32,000 nucleotides of DNA from an uncultured Chloroflexia bacterium (GTDB lineage: Bacteria > Chloroflexota > Ktedonobacteria > Ktedonobacterales > JADMIN01): positions 120,001-152,000 of the forward strand of contig CAVRAI010000013.1 in the NCBI GenBank assembly GCA_963718915.1, in the 5' to 3' direction. A program made the position numbers and the translations under genes. Shown here in pieces: positions 24,093 to 32,000 of this stretch. The notes under the pieces are model-generated. The model did not search any database, had not been told where the DNA came from, and worked only from the letters and a program-made list of their open reading frames with translations. How positions within the stretch are numbered: position 1 is the stretch's first letter; each line of letters opens with the position of its first letter.

Positions 24093-25076
24093 ATGCATAC
24101 GGTCTATGGCGTCGGAATTCGCAAGGGAGGCCAGGGTAAATCTACTACGGTATCGACGCTTGCACGCCTTTGCGCTCTCTATGGAGCGCATGTGCTAGTA
24201 ATCGACCTGGCGCAGCCGGGTTCAACCAGCTCATCGTTGCGTGATCTCTGGCCAGCGGTTGAACATGCGGATCTGTCCAACGTACTCCTTGCCTGCAGAG
24301 CGGTTTCTCCTGGCGCCACGCCGACGGTATCACAGGCCAGTGCCTTGCTGGCAGAGGCCGGATTACCAGTGATGCTTTCATCGCAGCCAAGCTGGTCTGG
24401 TGGCTGTATCCGCATCTTGCCCTGGGATGACTTTCTCGGCGATGCCGCCGCCTTTCTACAGTCTGAGAACGTTCTAGCGGGGCTGATCGCTGCCCTGGAC
24501 AGCGAGATAGACATCACCCTCATTGATTTCCCCGCTGAAAGCGGCTCTTTGCTGGTTACGGCGCTCGCGGCTACCAATAGGGTCTTAATACCGCTCGTCC
24601 CAGAAGCGCCCTCACTCGACGGGGTAGATGCCATGCTCAGACTAATGGCGCGTGTACGCGATGGTGGCCATCCCCTTGAACTTGCTGGCATTCTAATGAC
24701 GCGCTGTGATCCCAAAAACCGGCGTGCCTTCGATATCTGGCAGACGCTGATGCAAGCTGATGAGATTGAAGGTGAAGCGCTTAGCCGTAAGTTACTGCCA
24801 TTCGGGGTTAAGCAGATCGACTTTTACGAGCAGGCGTTTCGCTATGGGGAAGCCATTTGGGATCGCACCGGCAATCCGTCACACTGGGCTGCATATGTCT
24901 TGCTGACTGAATGGCTGTTGCGTGACGCTGGGCTGGATCGTATGGCGGCCAACCGCCGCGGACCAGCCCTCTTGGCGCCCGATACCAAAATACTGAACCT
25001 CTCGGCGTTAGTCCTCGACGATCCAGAAACCCCACTTGCGGACTTCGAGCGCGCGCATCTTCGACAGACCCCGTAA
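24093..25076 (+). CDS. ParA/MinD-superfamily P-loop ATPase (orphan, with about 80-aa C-terminal extension)
   Basis: 327 aa. The deviant Walker A is GIRKGGQGKSTT. The Walker B-like segment is ITLIDFPAE. The overall order is ParA-like. No parB is adjacent. Confidence 0.85.
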   Translation: MHTVYGVGIRKGGQGKSTTVSTLARLCALYGAHVLVIDLAQPGSTSSSLRDLWPAVEHADLSNVLLACRAVSPGATPTVSQASALLAEAGLPVMLSSQPSWSGGCIRILPWDDFLGDAAAFLQSENVLAGLIAALDSEIDITLIDFPAESGSLLVTALAATNRVLIPLVPEAPSLDGVDAMLRLMARVRDGGHPLELAGILMTRCDPKNRRAFDIWQTLMQADEIEGEALSRKLLPFGVKQIDFYEQAFRYGEAIWDRTGNPSHWAAYVLLTEWLLRDAGLDRMAANRRGPALLAPDTKILNLSALVLDDPETPLADFERAHLRQTP

Positions 25077-25200
25077 CCCTGCTGGGCTATCTCCTTTGAG
25101 CGGCTGCTCGCATCACCATACAATACTGCTGTGACACCGCTGGCACGTTCTCGCCATTGAGATTCACTGCCTGGTTGTATTGAGTGATGGAGTGTTATTC

Positions 25201-25749
25201 ATGGCGTCAAGGCCGCCCCTGCATCCCCAACTGTCCCTATTCGTTGCGGCAGTCATTATGGTCGCTTGTGCTGCGACTGGGATGCTCGCGGGAGCTTTTG
25301 CCCATACCCTTGCGAACAAACAACCATCGACGCCTCCAAATGGCCCTGTCATCAGCGGAACAGCGCCCGGCCAATCACTTGCCACGGCAACGCCTTCAGG
25401 CGCCGCCACTGAAGCGCCAACGACGACAAACACCGCCACGAACTTCACCCTCGCCATTACGCTCTCATCCCGAACACTCGCAGCAGGTGAAACGTTTACC
25501 GTCACAGTCGTAGCAACTGCGAATGGCGCTCCCATCTCTGGAATAACGTGTACGTTGAGGGCGCCAGTGAGCGGGCCGCCAGGTCTATTCTCAGCCTGGC
25601 CTCCAGCCGCTGCAACTGACACTAGTGGGCAGGTCATCTGGACGCTCACCACCCCTGCGATCTCCCCTGGCACGTATGGTATCGAGGTTGACGCGGTTGG
25701 CGGACATCACTATGAATTCCATCGATACACAACACTCCAGGTGTCCTGA
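25201..25749 (+). CDS. membrane-anchored protein with Thr/Pro linker and a bacterial Ig-like (Big-type) beta-sandwich domain
   Basis: ATG 25201 has GGAG 8 nt upstream. The TM anchor is LSLFVAAVIMVACAATGMLAGAF. The Ig-like pattern is LAAGETFTVTVVATANGAPISG...TDTSGQVIWTLTTPAISPGTYGIEV. The opposite-strand ORF 25164-25673 is judged a shadow. Confidence 0.6.
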   Translation: MASRPPLHPQLSLFVAAVIMVACAATGMLAGAFAHTLANKQPSTPPNGPVISGTAPGQSLATATPSGAATEAPTTTNTATNFTLAITLSSRTLAAGETFTVTVVATANGAPISGITCTLRAPVSGPPGLFSAWPPAAATDTSGQVIWTLTTPAISPGTYGIEVDAVGGHHYEFHRYTTLQVS

Positions 25750-25782
25750 GCAAGCGGGCGCTTGTACTCGTCTAATTTGAGG

Positions 25783-26649
25783 TCAGGCGAGTTGCGCGAT
25801 GGAATGCTTTAGCAGAGCAGTCAGCCGCACAGTCGTCTCCGCGGCCATACGCAAGACCTGCTCATGGTCTGGAATTTCCGGAGTTCCGGTCTCGACAAGG
25901 GCAAGATTTGTAATGATGCTGAACCCTAGCACGCGGATATCCATCTGTCGCGCGACAATCACCTCAGGCACTGTAGACATCCCCACGGCATCGACCCCGA
26001 ATCCGCGCAGCATGCGCAACTCCGCCTGCGTCTCGAAGCTCGGTCCGCTAACCATCGCATAAACGCCTTCGGCCAAGGCAATAGTATGCTGACTGGCCAC
26101 CGAAAGCACTTTTTCACGCAGATCTTGATCATAGGCGTCGGCTATCGCGGGGAACCTTGGCCCAAAGCGTTCATCGTTCGGCCCAGATAGCGGATTGAGT
26201 CCCGCCAGCGAGGGGAGGCCAATGTGGTCACGAATCAGCATCAGCGAACCAGCCCCGATCGCGGGATTGAGGCCGCCCGCCGCGTTCGTCAGGATGCACG
26301 TCTTGATGCCCAGCAGTCCCAAGACACGGAGAGGAAAGGTGATTTGCTGTGGTGTGTAACCCTCGTAGAGGTGCAGCCGTCCGCGCAGCACAGCGACTGG
26401 CATGCCTTCGAGCGTGCCCAGAACAAACCGCCCATCATGGCCCAACACCGTCGTTGGCGGCATATGCGGAATCGCCGTAAATGGGATCGAAATTCCCTGT
26501 TCGATAGCGTCGGCAAGTGAGCCAAGTCCGCTCCCCAACACGATGCCAACTCGTGGCATCGTGGCGATTGAACGTCCAATGACATCGGCAGCCTCGCGCG
26601 CCTCGTCATAGATTGCGGCAGGCCCGAGATTGCTGGCGTTTTGCGTCAT
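25783..26649 (-). CDS. punA: purine nucleoside phosphorylase (PNP/PunA type, trimeric family)
   Basis: Motifs are GIVLGSGLG, VLGHDGRFVLG, LHLYEGY, ILTNAAGGLNP, GPSFETQAE and GVDAVGMSTVPE. I prefer the start at ATG 26649 (MTQNAS). The ORF-track extension to 26754 would overlap the xer gene. Confidence 0.9.
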   Translation of the reverse strand: MTQNASNLGPAAIYDEAREAADVIGRSIATMPRVGIVLGSGLGSLADAIEQGISIPFTAIPHMPPTTVLGHDGRFVLGTLEGMPVAVLRGRLHLYEGYTPQQITFPLRVLGLLGIKTCILTNAAGGLNPAIGAGSLMLIRDHIGLPSLAGLNPLSGPNDERFGPRFPAIADAYDQDLREKVLSVASQHTIALAEGVYAMVSGPSFETQAELRMLRGFGVDAVGMSTVPEVIVARQMDIRVLGFSIITNLALVETGTPEIPDHEQVLRMAAETTVRLTALLKHSIAQLA

Positions 26650-26728
26650 AGATCCAACACCCCACAGCAAAGAACGTCCTGCTGACAAAATTGGCGTTTC
26701 TACCAGGCACAAAGCAGATTGGCGATGG

Positions 26729-27715
26729 CTAGATGCGCGATGATGTGCGCGCAAGCGCCGATGATGTTACGCCGCGGCCAGATGCCTTGTTATCTGTCTC
26801 CTCTTGCATCTCGTCTGGGATATCACCAAGCTCGATCAGATCATCCAGAACCGATACCATGGAAGTCGGTCGATTGCGCTGCATATGAAGGTAGACCTGG
26901 GTAGTAGAGATATTGCGATGCCCTAGTAACTCTTGCACCCCTCGCAAATCTGTGCCACGGCTCAACATATCCAACGCAAATGAATGTCGGAGTGTATGGG
27001 GTGTGATATTCTCGATGCCTGCCACCCGCGCATGGTGCTTCATGATGAGCCAGAAACCTTGGCGAGTCAGACGTTGCCCATGGTGGTTGACAAAAAGCGC
27101 TGGTTCATCTTCGTCTCGAATTAGTGAGCGCCGACTGTCACTGAGATATTGTGCGAGCGCCCGCTGGGCAAGCGGCGACAGCGGGAGTACCCGATCCTGA
27201 TGGGCGCGTCCGTGACACTGGATGTCGCCATGCGCAAGATTGAGGTCGGCGATATCACAAGAGACTAACTCCGTCACCCGCATTCCCGTAGCGTGAAGGC
27301 ACAGGATCATGGCCAGATCACGCTGCCCCGCGGGAGTATCCGCCGTTATCGCGCCAAGCAATCGTGTGACCTCCTCAGGAGCGAGGACACTAGGCACATG
27401 TTTTTCAAGCTTTGGCGCGTCAACCACGCCAGCCAGATCGACAGTTACCACGCCTGCATCAGCAAGATAGTGGAAAAATGACTTCAGCGCCGCCACTTTC
27501 CGTGCGACCGAGGTGGCGGCATACTTCCGCTGACGCAAGTCCTGCACGAATGCTGCAATATCTGCGGGAGACAATTGCTCCCAGTTAGCAACGCCTGCCT
27601 GTTGCAGATACCGAACCAGTTGTGTGAGGTCGCTATGGTAAGCGCCAAGAGTATTCACACTGGAGTTTCTCTGCTTTGACAGAGCGCTTATGAACTGCTG
27701 AACTGCGACATCCAT
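26729..27715 (-). CDS. tyrosine recombinase XerC/XerD family
   Basis: The core-binding domain is FISALSKQRNSSVNTLGAYHSDLTQLVRYL. The catalytic signatures are ATGMRVTEL, HTLRHSFA and LGHRNISTTQVYLH. The start is at 27715 (MDVAVQQ) or 27742. The ORF-track N-extension to 27913 is unlikely. Confidence 0.9.
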   Translation of the reverse strand: MDVAVQQFISALSKQRNSSVNTLGAYHSDLTQLVRYLQQAGVANWEQLSPADIAAFVQDLRQRKYAATSVARKVAALKSFFHYLADAGVVTVDLAGVVDAPKLEKHVPSVLAPEEVTRLLGAITADTPAGQRDLAMILCLHATGMRVTELVSCDIADLNLAHGDIQCHGRAHQDRVLPLSPLAQRALAQYLSDSRRSLIRDEDEPALFVNHHGQRLTRQGFWLIMKHHARVAGIENITPHTLRHSFALDMLSRGTDLRGVQELLGHRNISTTQVYLHMQRNRPTSMVSVLDDLIELGDIPDEMQEETDNKASGRGVTSSALARTSSRI

Positions 27716-27934
27716 AGCCTTCGATATGCCTCTCTTCCCCATCCGCGTGGTGTGGTGGTTGCATAGCGTAAAACCGGCGGACGTGAAGGTGTCCGAGGCA
27801 AGAACGTGCCAGCGTCGTACGCGTACAACACGTGCAATTATACCCGCGGCTGGCAGACGATACAACGGGGATATGACCACCTGGATGCCTGCGACAGCCG
27901 ACGAGCGCCACATTGCCAGGGAGAAACGCGATGG

Positions 27935-28906
27935 CTATGCGCCAACGCTCTCGTCATGCGGCTCGGTGTCGTCCACAGGCACATCGGAGGTGTCAGAGCG
28001 GCTCCATGCTGCCAGCGCCTTCAGCGCTGCGGCATGACCTGCCTCGATGAACGAGGGGGCAAGATCAAAGTCGAGCATGGTACCACGTGGCAACTCAGGA
28101 AAGATCGCAAGCACCTCAACGCCACTGGCCCTGAGCGCAAATGCCATTGCCTCAAAGTTATTGCGCAGGCTGATTTCGAGCGAGCGTTCGAGTACACGAC
28201 GCACCGTCTGGGAACGTGATTCACGTCCCACTACCGCGCCACAGGCGACGAAACAAATCCGTGTGGCGCCCCAGTTCAGAGCATCCAGGCAGGCCGCCCA
28301 ATCCGCGATACCACCGTCGATGAACACGTTGTCTGATATGACGACTGGAGGGAATATGCCTGGCATCGCCGATGAAGCCACCACCGTTGGTAGGACAGCG
28401 CCTTCCGAGAAAAAATGCGCGCTGCCTGTTCTGAGGTCGGTAGCGACGATCCGCAACGGGACACGCATGTCTTCAAACGTGAGTTCACCAAGGTAGCGTT
28501 CCGCGACACGCCGCATTCCAGAGCTACCGTACAACGATGAACGCTGTGCCAGAGCGTTGATGGCAGCCCGCCAGCGACGTGGGCCAACAATATCGAGTGT
28601 AGACGTGTGCAGCCAGAGATCCTCGAGTTCACGCGCGCGCTCGGGGGTGGGATCCTGCGCCAGAAACGCGCCATTCCACGAGCCAGCCGAGATGCTAACA
28701 ATGTAGTTTGGCACAATACCATGTTCCAGGATCACGCGCAATGCGCCTGCCTGTGCTGCTCCTCTGGCTCCTCCTCCAAGGAGGACGAATGCCGTACGGT
28801 GAGGTTGTGATGGGCGCAACCCGCGTTCCGACGATAACGCATTTGTTGCGCTTCGTCGGCGGTTCAGCCATGTGCTCACACGACCACGCCACGTCAGGAG
28901 GTCCAT
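27935..28906 (-). CDS. patatin-like phospholipase family protein
   Basis: The oxyanion motif is LLGGGARGAAQAG, the serine-lipase-like motif is SISAGSW, and the catalytic Asp context is FIDGGI. ATG 28906 is preceded by the SD AAGGAGAAGG. Confidence 0.85.
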   Translation of the reverse strand: MDLLTWRGRVSTWLNRRRSATNALSSERGLRPSQPHRTAFVLLGGGARGAAQAGALRVILEHGIVPNYIVSISAGSWNGAFLAQDPTPERARELEDLWLHTSTLDIVGPRRWRAAINALAQRSSLYGSSGMRRVAERYLGELTFEDMRVPLRIVATDLRTGSAHFFSEGAVLPTVVASSAMPGIFPPVVISDNVFIDGGIADWAACLDALNWGATRICFVACGAVVGRESRSQTVRRVLERSLEISLRNNFEAMAFALRASGVEVLAIFPELPRGTMLDFDLAPSFIEAGHAAALKALAAWSRSDTSDVPVDDTEPHDESVGA

Positions 28907-29055
28907 ACTGCCTTCTCCTTTCAGGCGCATCTAAATATCCTTGCGATTGGCGATATACTGACTACTTCATCTACCATGAATACGACCGAAGCGAGGTCTG
29001 GTTCTCAAGAACATGGCCCGTTCGCGTTGTTGCGCGGTAGTCACTGTCCATATCA

Positions 29056-29138
29056 CCACAGTATATTATGTGGCAACCTGACTGTGCATCGCCACGCAAG
29101 TGTGTGACGAAAATGTGAAATGTGGAACAATTGCCACA
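29056..29138. promoter_or_regulatory. pair of TGTGG/CCACA palindromic sites in a divergent intergenic region
   Basis: Site A is CCACA-N8-TGTGG (29056-29073). Site B is TGTGG-N8-CCACA (29121-29138). There is also an 8-bp inverted repeat, TGTGGCAA (29069-29076) and TTGCCACA (29131-29138). Several further TGTG motifs lie between them. Confidence 0.3.
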
Positions 29139-29262
29139 GATTCATGGGAACATGCCCATATCTGCGAGCGTATATCCATTTGTGAGTAGTTGATGGCGTA
29201 AATCACGCGCGTACCACGTGTTGGCTGGTTAGCGTGGCATTGGGAAAGGATTTCTTGGCCCC

Positions 29263-30072
29263 ATGCGTAATACACCGCAACGTTTGACCTCGGCGAATTG
29301 GCCTCCGGCAATGCCAGACGACACGACCATCGCCGATGACACTACAAGAACCCTGCCACCTGCACAGCAAAGCAAACCGGCACGAAAGCCACGTGGAAAG
29401 GCGCCACACTGGCCCCTGTCCGGCAAATCGTCGGGACGACCGCATGGCAGCGCCTACTCTCGAAAGGCGCAACCACCTGCCCCCCCACGTCCGGTCGTCG
29501 TTGACTCTCCAAGAGATCTTCGAGTCTACGATGCTGTGCGACGGCATTTGCCGCGCTTCCACATCATTCATGTCATCTTGCTAACCGGTGTTGGCGCGTT
29601 GTGGTTGGCAATCAAGCAGCCATGGGGAAGCAATGCCGACGGTATGACTATCTACATCCAGCAGTTTTCGATACCGAATATCTCTGATCCGCAGGTGAAT
29701 ATTGGACAACTCGCTCTGCAGACCGCAACCTGGATTGCTGTCGCGGCAGTGATTTTGGCTCTGGCGCTGCTGTCGATCAATCTCATCCACTATCTTCTGA
29801 AGCGGATACTCCATCGGCTACGACTCAATGCGCTGGCCGCGGTAGTCTTCATTCCGCTCTTCGCGCTGCTCATTCTGATGCTGCTGGCCGACCTGACCCT
29901 GGCTGCGGGCTTCGGCGGACTCAGCATGTTGAGCCAGTTGCCGTTTGTGCGCGACCACGGATTCGCCTCAACCAGCGAGGCACACGCCGCGTTCGGCTTC
30001 TACCTCTGGTGGTTTGGCATCGGCGCAACTCTCATCGGCACTCTGGGTGAAGTCTTTATTGATCGCCGGTAA
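29263..30072 (+). CDS. hypothetical multi-pass membrane protein with disordered Pro/Lys/Arg-rich N-terminus
   Basis: 269 aa. The N-terminal ~90 aa are low-complexity. About 4-5 hydrophobic helices follow (IIHVILLTGVGALWLAI, WIAVAAVILALALLSINLI, AAVVFIPLFALLILMLLADLTLAA, FGFYLWWFGIGATLIGTL). I recognise no family. Confidence 0.55.
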   Translation: MRNTPQRLTSANWPPAMPDDTTIADDTTRTLPPAQQSKPARKPRGKAPHWPLSGKSSGRPHGSAYSRKAQPPAPPRPVVVDSPRDLRVYDAVRRHLPRFHIIHVILLTGVGALWLAIKQPWGSNADGMTIYIQQFSIPNISDPQVNIGQLALQTATWIAVAAVILALALLSINLIHYLLKRILHRLRLNALAAVVFIPLFALLILMLLADLTLAAGFGGLSMLSQLPFVRDHGFASTSEAHAAFGFYLWWFGIGATLIGTLGEVFIDRR

Positions 30073-30085
30073 TCTGGTTGTGCCG

Positions 30086-30697
30086 CTAAGCCTGCTCTTC
30101 GAGACGCAGAGCGCGTCGCCAGTCGTCGGGGGTGTTCACGTTGAAGGCGGATAGTCCTTCTGGGTCTTCATGGCGGGCGGTCTCCATGTCAACTGTCACG
30201 ACGGCAAGTTGCGCAAGGAGCGCATGGAGCGAGTGGTCGCTCGCTTTCAGCGCGCGCTCGACTGCTGGCAGACACCTGCGCGAATAGACAGCATGCAAGG
30301 GCTGCATACGTCCATCGGTGTTCAACGCCACAGCATCAGCATCTGCGCGTGTCTCGGCGAGCGCCAGCATAGCCTGCGCTAAACCTGGACATATGAACGG
30401 CATGTCGCAGGCGACCAAAAAGATGCGTGCGCTTGTGGAGACGGTAAGGGCGGTGTACAGCCCACCGAGCGGACCAATCGAAGGAAGAGCATCTTCGACA
30501 ACTCGCGCTTCTGGCGCTAATGACGCCAGGGATTGTGGGCCAATCACTAACACCTCATCTACGGCAGGTGAAAGCCTGCGCACCACACGCGTTAGTAGTG
30601 GCTCGCCCCCAAACGCCATCTCAGCCTTGTTCTCGCCCATACGTCGGCTTTGACCGCCCGCAAGGATCACTCCGATTTTGCCAGCCATCGCCACCAT
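30086..30697 (-). CDS. mobA: molybdenum cofactor guanylyltransferase
   Basis: 203 aa. The N-terminal MobA signature is GVILAGGQSRRMGENKA, the length is MobA-like, and the later motif LVACDMPF is present. Confidence 0.85.
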   Translation of the reverse strand: MVAMAGKIGVILAGGQSRRMGENKAEMAFGGEPLLTRVVRRLSPAVDEVLVIGPQSLASLAPEARVVEDALPSIGPLGGLYTALTVSTSARIFLVACDMPFICPGLAQAMLALAETRADADAVALNTDGRMQPLHAVYSRRCLPAVERALKASDHSLHALLAQLAVVTVDMETARHEDPEGLSAFNVNTPDDWRRALRLEEQA

Positions 30698-30718
30698 TGC
30701 CTAATCCGAACAAATCGC

Positions 30719-31318
30719 TCACACCGTCACGAGGTCCTTGATACGATCATACGTCGCCTGGCTAACAGGAACCAACAGAAGCTGGCTTATGGACGTGAAT
30801 GAACCATGTGCGCTGCGATATGCAACGATTTTACGCGCGATTGAGGTGGTGATGCCCAGCGCATTGTGCAGGTCGGTCTCGGTGGCAACATTCAGATTCA
30901 GTTTGCCGCCCAACTGGAGAGGTATCTGCTCGCCCAGCCGGGGAACGTAGATTGCCTGACCGTCGGCAAGCAGTGCGGCCAAATCGACGCGGGTGATGTC
31001 AGCGTTATCTAGCAGACCGCCCGCCGACTCCACCAGTTCGCGAACACGCGCGCCGCTATGCAGGCTATACACACCCGGCCGTAGCACGGCGCCGAGTACG
31101 TATCCCTCGATCTGCTGTGTGGTTCCTGGTCCGGTGATGGCAACTGTTGGATGAGCGCGCAGAAACGCTGGCGGCCAGTTCCCCGCGCGGTTGAGAGTTT
31201 GAACGGCAATGCCGATGCTCAGCGCGCTTATCAGCAGTAACAGGCACGCATTCATGTAACGCCATGCCAGTATTCTGCCAATTGGGCCACTGATGTAAAC
31301 TACGCGACGTCGCGCCAT
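30719..31318 (-). CDS. comEA: ComEA-family DNA-binding competence protein (SLBB + helix-hairpin-helix)
   Basis: It has an N-terminal TM anchor and an SLBB-like middle region (VLGAVLRPGVYSLHSGARVRELVESAGG). The C-terminal HhH region is LNLNVATETDLHNALGITTSIARKIVAYRSAHGSFTSISQLLLVPV. Confidence 0.85.
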   Translation of the reverse strand: MARRRVVYISGPIGRILAWRYMNACLLLLISALSIGIAVQTLNRAGNWPPAFLRAHPTVAITGPGTTQQIEGYVLGAVLRPGVYSLHSGARVRELVESAGGLLDNADITRVDLAALLADGQAIYVPRLGEQIPLQLGGKLNLNVATETDLHNALGITTSIARKIVAYRSAHGSFTSISQLLLVPVSQATYDRIKDLVTV

Positions 31319-31440
31319 ATACGTCTCACAACGCTAAACCATCTTTACGACAATCTGATTGCACCTGGGGAAGCTGAGCCAAGTATAGCAGGGTAGCAAT
31401 GACCTGGCAAGTGGGAGATACGCGGGAACCAAACGAAGTG

Positions 31441-31466
31441 GCCCCTGCATCGCGTAATGCAGGGGC
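31441..31466 (-). terminator. rho-independent terminator candidate downstream of pruA
   Basis: Perfect 10-bp GC-rich inverted repeat: GCCCCTGCAT (31441-31450), 6-nt loop, ATGCAGGGGC (31457-31466). It lies 23 nt after the stop at 31489. On the minus strand it is followed by CACUUCGUUUGGUU. Confidence 0.65.
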
Positions 31467-31488
31467 ATCCTGATGAGGAGAATATTCG

Positions 31489-32000
31489 CTAGCGGATTTT
31501 CTCGGAGATTGCCTTAGCTTGCGTGAAGAGCATCAGATAGTCACGTCCGCCCGCCTTGGAATCAGTCCCCGACATGTTGAAACCGCCAAAGGGATGGACA
31601 CCCACCAGCGCGCCAGTGCTCTTGCGGTTGATATAGAGGTTACCTACATGGAACTCACGCATCGCGCGGGCAATACGCTCGCGGTCGGTCGAGAAGAACG
31701 ACCCCGTTAACCCATACTGGGTGTTATTTGCGATTGCCAGCGCATCGTCGAAGTCACGCGCTCTGATAACCGCTAATACCGGCCCGAAGACCTCTTCCTG
31801 CGCAAGGCGCGCGGTTGGCGCCACATCCGCGACAACCGTTGGCTGGATGAAGTAGCCATCCTGTATGGCTGGCTCACCACCCGTGAGCACTCTACCTTCG
31901 TTCTGGCCAATCTCGATGTACTGCTGAATCTTCTGATAGGCGTTCTTATCGACCACTGGCCCCATGCCGTTGGCCTGGTCAGTCGTATCACCTACCCTCA
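31489..32000 (-). CDS. pruA: L-glutamate gamma-semialdehyde (1-pyrroline-5-carboxylate) dehydrogenase, C-terminal part; gene runs off the window
   Basis: The aldehyde dehydrogenase C-terminal region has a RocA/PruA-type tail ([10 protein letters not shown]...NNTQYGLTG...[34 protein letters not shown]). The frame stays open to position 32000. Confidence 0.9.
   Translation of the reverse strand, partial: RVGDTTDQANGMGPVVDKNAYQKIQQYIEIGQNEGRVLTGGEPAIQDGYFIQPTVVADVAPTARLAQEEVFGPVLAVIRARDFDDALAIANNTQYGLTGSFFSTDRERIARAMREFHVGNLYINRKSTGALVGVHPFGGFNMSGTDSKAGGRDYLMLFTQAKAISEKIR

Noticed and set aside
24179-24715. 178-aa minus-strand ORF inside the ParA-like gene, and similar antisense or alternate-frame ORFs (15481-16044, 4788-5300, 28047-28496, 9452-9976)
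   Set aside because: Each lies wholly within a confidently assigned gene, either on the opposite strand or in another frame, and shows no motifs. These are shadow ORFs of GC-rich coding DNA.
25164-25673. 169-aa minus-strand ORF overlapping the Ig-like protein gene
   Set aside because: The plus-strand reading has a sensible architecture (SD, TM anchor, linker, Ig-like sandwich). The minus-strand product has none. I treat it as a shadow ORF.
26650-26754. N-terminal extension of the PNP ORF (start at 26754)
   Set aside because: The extension (MRAHHRASSHRQ…) is not PNP-like and would overlap the 3' end of the xer gene. PNP homology begins near MTQNAS at ATG 26649.
27716-27913. N-terminal extension of the XerC/D ORF
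   Set aside because: Xer homology (FISALSKQRNSSVNTL…) starts right after MDVAVQQ. The upstream 66 codons have no similarity and are probably just open frame.
1-32000. Search for tRNA-Sec, other tRNAs, rRNA, CRISPR repeats and IS/transposase genes
   Set aside because: I found no T-arm-like GGTTCGA motifs in a tRNA context, no regularly spaced direct repeats, and no transposase-like ORFs. An eye scan is imperfect, so tRNAscan-SE or Infernal should confirm this.

Overview
This is a chromosomal-looking bacterial window. G+C is about 60% in coding lines: I hand-counted 36 G+C in line 2041-2100. It holds about 27 protein genes. I found no rRNA, tRNA, CRISPR array or recognisable IS element.

The protein content suggests a Terrabacteria or Chloroflexota (Ktedonobacteria-like) origin, but that is a low-confidence guess. 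The pointers are a GH5 enzyme with a Pro/Thr linker, a DUF2231-Rieske fusion, a RocA/PruA-type dehydrogenase, ComEA, and strong GGAGG Shine-Dalgarno (SD) sites.

Gene content, left to right:
- a CheY-like receiver and a convergent XRE regulator
- a roughly 0.7 kb very AT-rich non-coding island
- a GH5 glycosidase
- a DUF2231-Rieske membrane protein, divergent from a SufR-like Cys-rich ArsR regulator
- a tyrosine integrase
- a long minus-strand run: SDR, CoxG-like, frameshifted CocE/NonD hydrolase, GH38 alpha-mannosidase, acetoacetyl-CoA synthetase, CPA1 antiporter-rhodanese
- a mini beta-carbonic-anhydrase-like protein, divergent from selA
- an operon of HisKA_3 kinase, NarL regulator and a hypothetical gene
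- an orphan ParA-like ATPase followed by an Ig-like anchored protein
- punA, xerC/D, a patatin-like lipase, a multi-TM hypothetical, mobA, comEA, and a partial pruA

The most interesting signal is in the antiporter-rhodanese gene. Its annotated stop is an in-frame TGA inside the rhodanese active-site loop (…VVAYCT-TGA-PDEATSAR…). The same frame continues for 41 more codons and completes the rhodanese domain (…LEGGYTAW…). A GC-rich hairpin lies 9-38 nt downstream of the TGA. The selenocysteine synthase gene selA is in the same window. This makes the gene a candidate C-x-U selenoprotein, with a simple nonsense pseudogene as the alternative.

Secondary points:
- the AT-rich island
- a perfect 10-bp inverted repeat that carries back-to-back -35 boxes between the Rieske and SufR-like genes
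- the mini beta-CA-like gene next to selA
- an uncharacterised C-terminal domain on the GH5 enzyme
- the frameshift in the CocE/NonD gene
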